Shown: one piece after another, positions 23,449-34,456 of the stretch
Position numbering within the stretch: the first letter of the stretch is position 1
Layout of the letters: each line of letters begins with the position of its first letter
Source of the DNA: Coniocarpon cinnabarinum
Lineage: Eukaryota
DNA: 64,000 nucleotides
Assembly: GCA_051942205.1 (NCBI GenBank)
Contig: JAVECO010000074.1
Location: forward strand, 1-64,000
Direction of reading: 5' to 3'
Position numbers and translations under genes: made by a program
The notes under the pieces: generated by a model
What the model saw: the letters and a program-made list of their open reading frames with translations, nothing else
Database searches by the model: none
Told to the model about the DNA's origin: nothing

Positions 23449-26425
23449 ATGGACGCTGTTAATCAGGAAGACACTCTGCCCGAGGTTCAAGCCTTTCTAC
23501 AATGGGTTCCTACACGTCTGCGTCGCGGCGTAGCCTCAACAGATGCACCCTTTCAGGATTTTCTTCCTTATCCCGACCTTGAAGCCTATTTCACAGAAGA
23601 TGACAATACGCGCCTCAGGGCCATCGTTGGGGCGCTTTGTCCACCGCCAAAACACTTTCCCAGTCAGATCGCGACGAACATAGTAAAATTTAAATATCTC
23701 AAAGGCTTCGCAACACTCCTGATGATTGGCGAAGGCCGCCACATCGAGCGTTTTGCTGTTCCTGAAGAATTGTGTGATGCGCGCCTACCCTTTAAAGCGA
23801 GGCCAAACGCATTTCCGGCTTCCAACCAAGGCGATAGCTTCGAGAAGTTCAAGAAACATCAGTGGATATTCCTGCCCGCATTCATGGAAGCTGCTCGACA
23901 ACAGGAAATAGAGGTGGAGCGCATCCTACCAATTCTAAGCCAAAGCCCACTGGGAACTGGTGGCAGCGCGCAGGTTTCTCGCATTGAGCTACACCCGTAC
24001 TATAATCACTTGAGCAGCTATCATGAGTCCGTGAGTAACCGCTAGCATAGCAATCCTGATGTGACATGTGGAATGTGCTGACCGACCAGTAGCAACCAGA
24101 TCCTACATCACAGAACAATACATTTGTGCTCAAGACCTATCATCCTTCGGAAGGCGAGTCTTCTTACTACAATGAGACTCAGGCTTTCCAACATCTACGC
24201 AACACGACATATCTTGAAACGCAATCTTTTATTACATACTACACCGGCTACGAGCACCTGCATGCAAAATCCCAAAAGACCTTCAACATCATACTCGAAT
24301 ATGCCGACGGAGGTGATCTCGAAGACATGTTCCAAACTCAGGATGAGCCACGCTCGCCGAGTGAGATCGCCTCTTTCTGGCTCCGTTTTCTTGATGTCCT
24401 TAAAGCCTTGCGTTCAATCCACAACATCAAAGTAGACGGCAATCGCGGCAATCGAATGCTCAATGGGTGTGCCTAAGCCCAGTGACCTGCACATGACTGC
24501 GCTGACGGAAAGTAGGTGGCATCAAGATATAAAGCCAAAGAACATATATCTTGTTCGGAACGGCAGAGACCTGTGGGACTCTGACTTCAAGCTCGCCGAC
24601 CTTGGACTGGCTCACCTGCGACCTCGAGTAGGATTGGATGCAGCAGCAACCGACAAGCAGGGTACAAAGACCTATGGTAAAACGCAGGCACACTTCGCAA
24701 GTTTCGTTCTCGACTAACTCTGGTCTAGGGGCCCCCGAATGCTACAGAGAAGACACCTTCGCCATGAGGGCTCCCAGAACGATCGATCCAACGGTCGATT
24801 GCTGGTCATTGGGCGCCGTGCTTTGTGAGACCATGGTCTGGGTTGTGGGCGGCTTGAAAGAACTTACCAGATTTCGTGAGAAGCGGAGGGCAGAATCTAA
24901 CAGCATACCAAATCACCAAGACCCAGGGGCATTCCACGATAGCAAGAATCATGTGAGTCATCAAGCTGCAGGCTATGGCCTTCGCCTGCCTGAGCAAATT
25001 TATTGTCTCTCTTCATTACTGACTGACACAGCTTCTATCATGTGTGGCATCTCAATTGGAAATGATTAAATCAGATATTCGCACTGGTGATAAAGTCACT
25101 GAACACGTCCTGAGACTTGTTCAAGAATGTATGCTTGTTCCAATCCTCGGTCGAACACATGCTGGTCACATCTGGAGTCGCTGGCACGGACTACGGCCAG
25201 GGATTGAGCAATTTCTCAATGGCGAATCCGATAAGGTTGATATCGCTCCAAATTCTCCACCTCAGCATGCTCCTGAGACACGTTCTCAAACCATGCCGGC
25301 TGCCAGCAACCAAAGACAATCCAGAAGCTCCTTGCCCAACGATATTGTTCATCGTCCCTCATCACAGTCGCCCCCTCTTCGACTAGTATGTTCGCCGAGC
25401 GCCAGGACCGCCCCACCTACATGGCTAAGGTCTGAAGCCGATCGATGGTTCTCCGATCATCTCAGTGATCCACAAGCTCCCTACGATGATTCACAAGCTT
25501 TCGAATTAATAGGACGGGATCATGTCTTCCTGCTGGACAACTCATTCACTATGAGGGATCACTGGAAAAGCGTTGGCGACACAGTTCAGCTACTTAGCGA
25601 AATCCTCTTCACTTTACGAGCGGATGATCGAATTGATGTGGAGCTGGTTGCCAAAAGTGACAGAAGACCAGGAAAGTGCTGCAAAAAGAAAAGCAGGGAA
25701 CTAAAGGAGTTTATTGAAGCCAACAAGCCTCCCAACTTCGACAGCAGGCAACTCAATGTGGGTTTGGGTCTTTCCGAGTACCTACGTGGCTATCAGAGTA
25801 GAATCTCTAGTAGGTTCAATGTAATTGGATCTCTTTTGGGCCGAGGCAAGAAGCCTCTCAGCCTGTACGTTCTTACCGACGGCCGCTATCAGCAAAATAG
25901 TGAACTCAAGCAGCCCATACGGAATATCCTAGACACCGTGGCCGAGAAGTCAGGGCGTGAGCCACACTGGCCGCGTTCGAGGAAGTATGTGGGCATACAA
26001 TTCATTCAATTTGGTCACGACCCAGAGGGAACTCGACGGCTTGATGAGCTGGACAAGTTCACGCGAGTGGAAAAACTCTGGAGGTAAGCACATTATTGGC
26101 TATCCTAACAAGTGCAAAGTGATGTATGTCATTACTGACGCCTCTTAGCGATATCGTGGACACTGAGCCTGCTGACGGCAACGTCTGGAAGATGCTGCTT
26201 GGACCGATCAATGACACGTTTGACGATGATGGCGGGGGTTTGACAACATCTCCAACTGGCCATGCTGGCCCTGCCGTCTACTCTGAGGATCCATTCGCAT
26301 CTCCAGCCAGGCGACATACGGCTTCCAATGCTTCGACTTTCGGTGGACCAATGCCGGATCGCATGAATACTGGCGTCACAGCAGGAGTGTCGGTGTATCC
26401 CAGGGACTCGCTTTACAACAATTGA
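23449..26425 (+). CDS. Ser/Thr protein kinase fused to a C-terminal vWA domain
   Basis: Exons 23449-24030, 24093-24466, 24516-24676, 24729-24952, 25032-26083, 26149-26425. Kinase motifs LGTGGSAQV, FVLK, WHQDIKPKN, LADLG, GTKTYGAPE, DCWSLG. vWA motifs HVFLLDNSFTM, LYVLTDG, VGIQFIQFGHD, DIVDTEP, KMLLGPIN. Confidence 0.9.
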
Positions 26426-27312
26426 GGGACTCGCTCCGCACCTTTGAGCACAAGCTAAAAATCCATACAGTCAATCGGTTGAATACTTGTTGGATCGACT
26501 GTCCAGGATCAGAAGATCGGAATCCACGCCAAGGGTGTCCCAATGAGATAACTCATCCATTCGCAGTCGGGCTCACGGCAGTAACCACGCTGATCAGAAG
26601 ATGCGCTTGATACCATGAAGGGCGTGACCAGCTTTCACAGGATGATTAAAGACCATCGGTGCAACAGTCAACGCGACGGTGAAGCTCTTATCAAGTCCAC
26701 CTCAAGACGGCGTCTGAACCTGTGAAACGAAGTGGAAGTCAAGCTCCTTACCAGCCACGGTCGTCACAGCTGTCTGAAACGTAGATCCCAATAGCTGCAG
26801 AAAAGCACTGAAGATGTTGCAACAAAGCGAAGGATGGCATTGATCAAGATACGAAATCAGTCGGAAGATTGCCCTGGTGTGTCTCATACAAGAGCATGAG
26901 TCGATTTCGTGACGACGCCATGGTTTCATGTCAATTCCCAATAAATCCCTGCGAGAGCATTGAGAAAGCGACCTGGGCAATATAAATAGATACCCTCGAA
27001 TTGATGGATGCATACTGTCAAACATTGGTGTGCAATGTTTGGGGCAGGTGAAGCCGGCTTTAAGCAACGACAAGCATTGAAGGTGCGCAGCGACCATCCA
27101 TTGTACATGCGAAGGCGCGCATTAAACTTCTTTCACAGACGCGTTTTGCACGCACGACAATAGCTGAGGCTAGAACACGTGCTAGTGACGTCAATCTGAA
27201 GCCTTTATGTTACTGTGCTCTAGGTATTCTATACAAACACCGTGCCACCTAACGTATAAACTTCCTTAGACGCGTCAGAAACACCAAAAGCACAGTCGTG
27301 ATCCACCCAGCC

Positions 27313-27651
27313 ATGAACCAGCAAACAGCTGAATCAGATGTTCGCTCCTGGGGCTTCCAACACGTCTTCACATGGAGCGACGGACGGTGAGCTGCATGAC
27401 ATCTACCACGAACGCTAGCCCAGCTCAAAGCAGATTGACGACTTCGCAGCAATGCGTACTACGCTCCGCATTCGCACAGTGGCCTGACGACGCATGTGAT
27501 TCTGAAGGGCCAGTTGACGATTCAGTATCCAGATGATGAGACGCCTCAGAAAGAAACATTTGGGCCTGGTGCTCGAGTGGATGTTGATGCGGGACGACGG
27601 CATGAGGTCTGGATCGGCGCGGAGGGATGCACGTATGTGATTGGGGAGTGA
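27313..27651 (+). CDS. Small RmlC-like cupin protein (91 aa)
   Basis: Exons 27313-27386 and 27450-27651 (GTGAGC...GCAG intron). Product MNQQTAESDVRSWGFQHVFTWSDGRNAYYAPHSHSGLTTHVILKGQLTIQYPDDETPQKETFGPGARVDVDAGRRHEVWIGAEGCTYVIGE, with cupin motif-1 HxH...H and motif-2 H. Absent from the ORF track. Confidence 0.85.
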
Positions 27652-27861
27652 ATTGAGGCATGACCACTAGTAGGGCAATTGGTATGAAAAGAAACGTTGA
27701 GCATGAAAGTCACGAACCGCCAGATGAGTAATAGACATCGTTGTCTGTGTTGTATTGTATACAAGCTCATTGAAATGCTGTAGATATGCTGTTCATGCTT
27801 ATCGCCATGCTCTCCTCGACGCCATGCCATGCCATGCAAGAAGCAAGCAGTTTATTCCGAA

Positions 27862-28945
27862 TCAACCGGCAATCAGGACCCACAGCAAGAAGACTGCAAG
27901 AGCACATCAGTATCATGTCGGTATACTGAGAGGGGTCGAGTGACTTACAGATCATCAATACACCAAACATTTTGGCCACTAGCCATCTATTGCCGGACAC
28001 CCGACTCCAGTATTTCAGCAGTTCCTTCTGAGCGCCCTCCACATTCTCCACGACGTCTTCAGTGTTGGCATCTATTCTCTGAATCATCTCGCTCTGTTCA
28101 GAGACCATCGTCGCAAGCTGACCGAATATACCGCCTAATTCTCCAATCGTTCGCTCGATTGCTTCTATAGCCTCGCCTCGCTGTGAGATGTACGAGTTCT
28201 GCGGCTGCGCCTCTTCCATCATCATTATTTGCTGGTCAGACTGCGGACCACGCAGCGCGTTTGACGAGCTGGGTGTTGGATCTAAGGAGAGGATATCTTG
28301 ACCACCGCCACCTGGCTTCGGCGAGCGCCCTCTCTGCGGCGTGCTGTACAATGGGCTATCCGTTCGGCCAAGGTCCAAGCCACCAGGCTGCGAATGCGAA
28401 GAGACAGATGACACGAAGTTCTCAGTCCGTGATCTCGAGGCCTGGATGTTCTTCGTACGCACTTCCAAGACGTCTTTGAAATTTGCGGAAACGTCCGCAA
28501 GGTTCTTTTGTAATAAGACCACCACGTTCTTGTTGTGCTCGCCTTCTTGCTCACTGACGCTTTTCCGAGTATTTGGCGCTTTGGTGATGTTTTGCAAATC
28601 GCCAATTTGCTGGTTCATCGCACCCAGGTCTTGTTTGATCACATACGTTAGCTCCGCAATTTCCACCGGCCGGTCGTCGAAAAGGGTCTTGCGCTGCGCC
28701 AGCTCCGCCAGGCGCTGCAACTTCACTGTCGTGGCGGAGATGCTGCGGCCGATTGCCGCCGCCTGACGTGCAAATTCGGAACGTTGCTGTCTTGTCGGAG
28801 GCGCCCCATTGGCTTGCGATTTCTGAGAGTCGGATAGGAGTGGTTGGCGCTGAGCGCTGGGTTGACGGACATTTTGCTTTTTCTGGGCTTGTTGTAGGAT
28901 CGAGCGGAACTCGTTGGTTCGGTCTTGGATTTGTATTTGCGTCAT
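27862..28945 (-). CDS. SED5: Syntaxin-5 / cis-Golgi t-SNARE Sed5
   Basis: N-peptide IQDRTNEF, KTLFDDRPVEIAELTYVIKQD, SNARE motif IEAIERTIGELGGIFGQLATMVSEQSEMIQRIDANTEDVVENVEGAQKELLKY. Intron 27948-27894 gives the TM end FGVLMIFFLLWVLIAG*. Confidence 0.97.
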
Positions 28946-29626
28946 TCTGGGCGAGGACGACGTGGAATACGGTTGAGCGCTGGGAAGGCAAGGGTGACAA
29001 AGGGTTCAGGAAAGTCTCGCCATTCAGAGATGATTTGAGGGTGTTGCCGACAGGATATGTGCTCTAAAATAGCGGGATATCTCAGCGGTCCAGGCAATGC
29101 GCTTGCCACTAGATATTCAATCTCAGGCCGTGAAGTGTCAGGCGAAAGATGAAGAATATGGTGGTTGAAGTTGATTGTTCGTAGCGGCCTTGGGGTTTAG
29201 CCCCGTCCGAGCACTCTTTGAATGGCACTCAATAATGCAACCCTGCCAGAGGTCCGTGGCTGAGCTTTCCCTGATGCTCGTGTCCATCAGTGCTAGAGGA
29301 TGACCAACATTTCCTACACGCAGACTCAGAGCATTCATACATCTGATCCTCCTTAACTTACTGGTAGAACAACCTTTCTTAGGCCAGAGATTCGCCTGTT
29401 CGCCTGTTCGCCTTCAGCTTTTGATCACTCACCGTAACATTAACTGGGCACTACTCGTCGTTCATACTACCTGCCTACGCCTCCTAGCTTGCAACGTCAG
29501 CGCTTTCGTGTCCCTGGTTGCCAATTGGCCAGCCACTCCACAACTCGTTCGAACATGTCCTTATAGACCCTCGTGATCCACCCCTGAGCATATCCTGGCC
29601 AGATTGCTGCCTTTCAGAGTGACGAA

Positions 29627-32600
29627 ATGGCGGGTCGATCAGGCATGCCTAATTTCAAGACTGATGTCAATCGCATGAAGACCCAGAAATGGGCACAGGC
29701 ATCCAAAGCAAATTATGGCGGTGATGACTGGGGCGGGTACGACGACTATGGTGACTATGAAGACGAGCCACCGCCGCCGCCTCGGCCGACCGGCCTTCGA
29801 CAAAGAGGTCAGGGCACCGCGAACTCGTCGCCAGAGCAGGCGAACTTTGCGTCCGAGCAAATACCAGTGTCCCACGTCACGCCTCAGCAAGCTGCGCAGC
29901 CCCGTGTGGCCTCTCAACCGCAACAGCGTCCCCGTGCTGGCTCGTTCGAGAGTGGTGATGACAGCTTTTTGGTCCAGCGTCAACAGCACACAGCGCCGCA
30001 GCACAGTAGGGTTGCTTCGCAGCCCATTGCCCCTCGTTTCAACGAACCAGGCCTCAGCCATCCACAGTCTGGCAATGCTAATCCAGCCCTGCCGCCCTTT
30101 GCGCGACCTTCGCCTTCGCAACAACCTTCAGTCCCTCCTGCTCAAGCACCAAACCAGACCTCGCAACCAGCCACAGGCGCTATAAGTCCCCTAAACCAAC
30201 CTGCGTCGGGTCATATGATGGGCTCGTCCGGTGGGCAGACGCCACCACTGGACCACGCTCCCGAAGTGATTGAAGGTCCTTACGTAGGACCGGGCTCGGC
30301 CCGCCAACAGCAGCAACATCGACCTCTGCCACGACAAGACTCGAGAGAGGCCCCAGGCATGATGCAACCCTCGCATACCAATCCAGGCCAGATACCACCC
30401 GGCAGCAGTAACGTCAACAGCCGCCCACCTTCTGGTATGAACCCACCTTTTGGGGCCAGTAGACCTTTTGGCCCTGGTCGAAATCACAGTGGGACGCCCC
30501 CAAGTCATGAAGGAGGCAGGCCATACGGGCCCGCGAGAAACCACAGTGGAACACCTCCAGCTCACGATGGGGCCAGACCGTACGGACCTATGAGAAACCA
30601 CAGTGGTACACCTCCTGGCCATGGTCCCCACATGGGAAGAGAAGGCACTTCTCCAGGACCCCACGGTCCTCACCCTGGACAGAGACCTCGGCCTCCACCA
30701 TCACAGCAGGATTATGGCCCGAGGAAGAGACCATCACAGGAACATGGTATGCGCAAGTCGCCCTCTCAAGAGTTTAGGCCTCGCCCTTCCCAGGAGTTCA
30801 AACCTCGACAGCGAACATCGCAAGAATTTCGTCCCAGGCCATCTCCTTCGCAAGAGTTCAGGCCACCACCTCGCAAAGAAAGCTTAAATACGAATCAAAG
30901 ACCCTCACCTACGAGTATCGGCGCCGATAGTGCCCGCGAAACAAGACCGCCCATGGCACGGCAAACATCGGATCAAAGGGAGCCTCCAGCTCCACAAGAC
31001 GCTCTTACAGAGTCCGAGTCTAGACCGTCGGCGTCGTTTGTCAGACCGGCGGACATATATCGCCGGATGGAAAACGAGCGGGAAAGAGAAAGACAGTCAA
31101 TGGATTCAGGACGGCCGAGTCTCGAAAGCATTGAAAGAGGTGCCAGATCCGGCAATCAAGGCACCGGTCTGTCTAGAAATAGCCAAGACTCTTTCAGGGA
31201 AGCAAATCAGAACACTCTGCTGAAGCCGACTCTGGATACTGTCGCAGAGCGGAAAAGTGAATATGGTATGGATGGCTTCTTAGCACAAGATCCAATTTTT
31301 GCAAAGGCTTTGGGCGCCCATGTCAGTACAGGGAATGCCTCGCTTGATGCGCCGTCTTTGCCGCAATTTGAGAGGCTCTCAAGCTTCAATATGGCAGATC
31401 TCATGGCTGACAGTCAGGAGAAGCAGGCCTCTCAGGGACCTGCTGTCGAGGACAAGGGGATTGTAGAAAGTGCGAAAGAAGAAGCCCAACCAAGTGCCCC
31501 GGGACCCGCGTCTGTTGCTGCTCGTCCTGATGATCTCCAGCATCAACCTTCTTCTGGATTCAGATCTGCAGTAGACAGAGCCTTTGACGGCCCTACTGAC
31601 AATTCCACGTTGAGTCCGACGTCCGGCCATGGTAGTCAGCGTTCGAAGGAAAGCTCAAGCGTGTCTAGAAGTAACACTACGGACAGTACTGCTGGCATTA
31701 GCCCCATCATGAGCAGGGTGCCCAGTGCTGCCACAGCCGAGCGACGCTATCGCGAGGCAGAATCGAGAATGGCGGCTCCGGAGGCGATTCAAGAAGAAAC
31801 AAGTGAGACTGGCTCACCCAGTTCTAGACCTGACAGCAGCACTACCCTGAAAGCCCAACAAGCTGCTCCGATCACTGCAGACGTGGACCAGACTCGGCCC
31901 GCGTCGAATGACTCTGCTTCTTTGAAAGCCGGTTACCGCCGAAGCATGAGGCCTCCAAGCCCAGGCAATACACCTGCGTACCTGACTGGAGCTTCAGCAC
32001 GGAAAGCAATGGAACAACATCCTCATGAAGGGGAGATCGGAGTGACATCGCCCGTTCAAGATCCTCGAGAGCAAGCCATGGCATTCGAGTCACAACGCGC
32101 GGGTGACCTCTCTACTCGGGAAAGTGATATTGCGGCTGCAATGCAGAACCATGATTTGCCTCAGAGTCAGGCTCAGACCTACGAAAATGCAGAGACAAAT
32201 GCTCGTTCAAACTTCATGGCCGCACATCCTTCCGCTCACATGCCGCCAATACTGAGTGAACCGGTGATGCCGAGCAAGGGGACCGACTCACGGTCAGCCT
32301 CGCCCTCGAAGGGAAGAGTACGCCAACTAGCTACCAAGTACAATGACATTCAGACTTCCAGAGCTAGCTCGCCGACTGGAAGTGTCGCTTCTTGGGCAAG
32401 CAGCAACAAAGGGTCGCCCGTTGGGCAGGACAACGGAACTCCCGTGGCGGAGTCAGCGCCGACTGAAACGGCGCCAGCAATTCGTACTGAAGAGCCGCAA
32501 AATCCGAAGTCTACCGCTCAGAAAGCTGCGGATCTGGCAGGTCTGCCTAGACCCACGTTGCCAGGCGGTTGGGTCTCTTACAACCCATCAGAAGCATCAG

Positions 32601-34261
32601 AAGCTCACAGCGCGGCGCCATCAGTCAGCGACAGCTACGAAAGTGCCAATGAGCAAGGACATGAGCCGATGACAACTTCCAGACTGACGACTCCTAAAGC
32701 GAACCGGGAGATGTCCTCTGAGTCAATCGATCTTGCTCCAAGTACTGTGAAGAAGCCCCTGGCTGGCCACACCTATCCGCAACCAGCTGAGAACCCTATG
32801 GCTGCTCTGAGCGCTGCAGGATCTGCTCTCGCAGATTCCATGAAGCAAATGGCTGGTCTAGGCCAGGGAGACAGCTCGGCCGAAGATACACGGCCAAGAA
32901 GCGACATGAGAGATTTGGATGATTCGTCGGCGCAAGCAACGCCATTTTCGCCAGATGAAACTATTGCAAGTGCTTCCAGTGCTGCTCCCTCTCCACCGGC
33001 AAAAGACCCGTCAAGGACCACTGATCCCCCAAGAAACTCTGGCTACTTCTCAGCAGCGACACCGCTTACTATTCGCAAAAACGAGCAGACTGTAGGTGAG
33101 AGCACTCACCGCAATAGTAGCACTCGTGAACCTGACTCTGCACACTCTGCGGCGTCTGATGTCTTGAGTTTGGATCCGTCTGCAAGCGACACTGAGGCAG
33201 ATGCACTTCGTAAGGACATAGTCAGAAGCCTGTCACCACCTGAAGGTCCTCAAGGTGGTGGCAAACTCACTCCAATTCACGAGCGAGGCTCTAATCTCAG
33301 CTCGGTACTGCCACAAGAATACGATGCGTACTGGGCCAACCACGACAATCAAACGCGTTCACCTAAAACCACGAGGTTCAGCAACACGTCAATGGGCCAA
33401 ACAACTCCTCCCGAGGCGCCTAGTTCACCTGAGATTACGGAGGCTCCTGTCACTTCTCGCTCTGCGCGTTCCTCTGGGGTTGGAGCTAGTTCGGTAGGAA
33501 CTCGCAGTGCTGGTAGACCAAGCATAGACAGCTTATCCAAGCCCTTGCCACCTGATCCGGCCATAAAGGCCAGCCTTGATTCTGCTCGGGAGCGTGCAAA
33601 TAGCACCGAACGTACTGGGCATGGCAGCTCTTCTGGAGGTCCTAGTAAGCTTCCGCCTTTGCAGACGGGGTCGTTGGATCCTGTGGAAATGCCAGCTAGC
33701 GGCTCTCCCAGAATACGAGACACTGCGAACCAGCCTTTGCCTGGAAGTCCATTCACAGGTCGTCGACGAGCCGATACAACCCCTACCAGTAAGGGTCAGC
33801 CGAAGCCTCCGTCTTTCAGGGAGATTATGAATATGAAAGGTCAAAGAGAACGTATCAGCGCTTTCAATGCGGCTAAAAATCAATTTGGTACTCAGTCAAC
33901 CGGCTTGAACGATTGGGTAAGGTCAATGGTCGACAGACATCCCGAGCATTCTAATGCGGTGTCCGCACCGATGCGTCCAGTGGCACAAACGTCTGGTATC
34001 GCAGGTTCAGTGCGCAATAAAATGCCGCCGGGCATGGCCAAATTTGGCAGAGCTGGTCCTAGTGGTACCGTGCCATCTGCGAACGCGGAAAGCTCATTAC
34101 CAGGTGGCGCGTATCTCAAAGACAGTCCGTCTGTTTCCAAGCGACAGGATTTCCTCCATCAAGCCAATGCATTCGGTGGCAAAGCCAGCAAGGGTGCGAA
34201 AGGGTTGCTGGCAAAAGGCAGATCTCGCTTCAGAGGAGTGTCATCCGAAAAGGTAGATTGA
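29627..34261 (+). CDS. Large low-complexity Pro/Ser/Gln-rich protein (Fyv8-like N-terminus); short isoform ending ...SSEKVD*
   Basis: 1544-aa ORF. Conserved-looking N-terminal FKTDVNRMKTQKWAQASKANYGGDDWG; internal FVRPADIYRRM, LDTVAERKSEYG, RPTLPGGWVSY; C-terminal ERISAFNAAKNQFGTQSTGLNDW. Confidence 0.8.
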   Translation: MAGRSGMPNFKTDVNRMKTQKWAQASKANYGGDDWGGYDDYGDYEDEPPPPPRPTGLRQRGQGTANSSPEQANFASEQIPVSHVTPQQAAQPRVASQPQQRPRAGSFESGDDSFLVQRQQHTAPQHSRVASQPIAPRFNEPGLSHPQSGNANPALPPFARPSPSQQPSVPPAQAPNQTSQPATGAISPLNQPASGHMMGSSGGQTPPLDHAPEVIEGPYVGPGSARQQQQHRPLPRQDSREAPGMMQPSHTNPGQIPPGSSNVNSRPPSGMNPPFGASRPFGPGRNHSGTPPSHEGGRPYGPARNHSGTPPAHDGARPYGPMRNHSGTPPGHGPHMGREGTSPGPHGPHPGQRPRPPPSQQDYGPRKRPSQEHGMRKSPSQEFRPRPSQEFKPRQRTSQEFRPRPSPSQEFRPPPRKESLNTNQRPSPTSIGADSARETRPPMARQTSDQREPPAPQDALTESESRPSASFVRPADIYRRMENERERERQSMDSGRPSLESIERGARSGNQGTGLSRNSQDSFREANQNTLLKPTLDTVAERKSEYGMDGFLAQDPIFAKALGAHVSTGNASLDAPSLPQFERLSSFNMADLMADSQEKQASQGPAVEDKGIVESAKEEAQPSAPGPASVAARPDDLQHQPSSGFRSAVDRAFDGPTDNSTLSPTSGHGSQRSKESSSVSRSNTTDSTAGISPIMSRVPSAATAERRYREAESRMAAPEAIQEETSETGSPSSRPDSSTTLKAQQAAPITADVDQTRPASNDSASLKAGYRRSMRPPSPGNTPAYLTGASARKAMEQHPHEGEIGVTSPVQDPREQAMAFESQRAGDLSTRESDIAAAMQNHDLPQSQAQTYENAETNARSNFMAAHPSAHMPPILSEPVMPSKGTDSRSASPSKGRVRQLATKYNDIQTSRASSPTGSVASWASSNKGSPVGQDNGTPVAESAPTETAPAIRTEEPQNPKSTAQKAADLAGLPRPTLPGGWVSYNPSEASEAHSAAPSVSDSYESANEQGHEPMTTSRLTTPKANREMSSESIDLAPSTVKKPLAGHTYPQPAENPMAALSAAGSALADSMKQMAGLGQGDSSAEDTRPRSDMRDLDDSSAQATPFSPDETIASASSAAPSPPAKDPSRTTDPPRNSGYFSAATPLTIRKNEQTVGESTHRNSSTREPDSAHSAASDVLSLDPSASDTEADALRKDIVRSLSPPEGPQGGGKLTPIHERGSNLSSVLPQEYDAYWANHDNQTRSPKTTRFSNTSMGQTTPPEAPSSPEITEAPVTSRSARSSGVGASSVGTRSAGRPSIDSLSKPLPPDPAIKASLDSARERANSTERTGHGSSSGGPSKLPPLQTGSLDPVEMPASGSPRIRDTANQPLPGSPFTGRRRADTTPTSKGQPKPPSFREIMNMKGQRERISAFNAAKNQFGTQSTGLNDWVRSMVDRHPEHSNAVSAPMRPVAQTSGIAGSVRNKMPPGMAKFGRAGPSGTVPSANAESSLPGGAYLKDSPSVSKRQDFLHQANAFGGKASKGAKGLLAKGRSRFRGVSSEKVD
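30461..30616 (+). repeat. 3x 57-nt coding tandem repeat (RP[FY]GPxRNHSGTPP)
   Basis: Units begin at 30461, 30518 and 30575. Confidence 0.8.
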
Positions 34262-34456
34262 TTTCCCCTATCAAACATTGACGAGCCTGTAGACAAAGCG
34301 AGATCGCTGAAGGTCCAGGTCAGACAACACTTGCCGTGTGGCGTGACACTTAATTGTAATGCCTAATGATACCCTATCTTGTATCGGTGACAAGGAATGA
34401 TGTACCCTATGTCAGAGGGCCGTTTTAGTCTGAATTCATTCTGATCTTCTTTTCAG

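Noticed and set aside
26600..27110. 131-aa minus-strand ORF after the kinase-vWA gene
   Set aside because: Composition is not convincingly protein-like and no motifs were recognised.
27767..27948. ORF-track C-terminus of Sed5 (…MICKSLDPSQ…)
   Set aside because: Read-through of intron 27948-27894; the spliced form gives the proper TM anchor.
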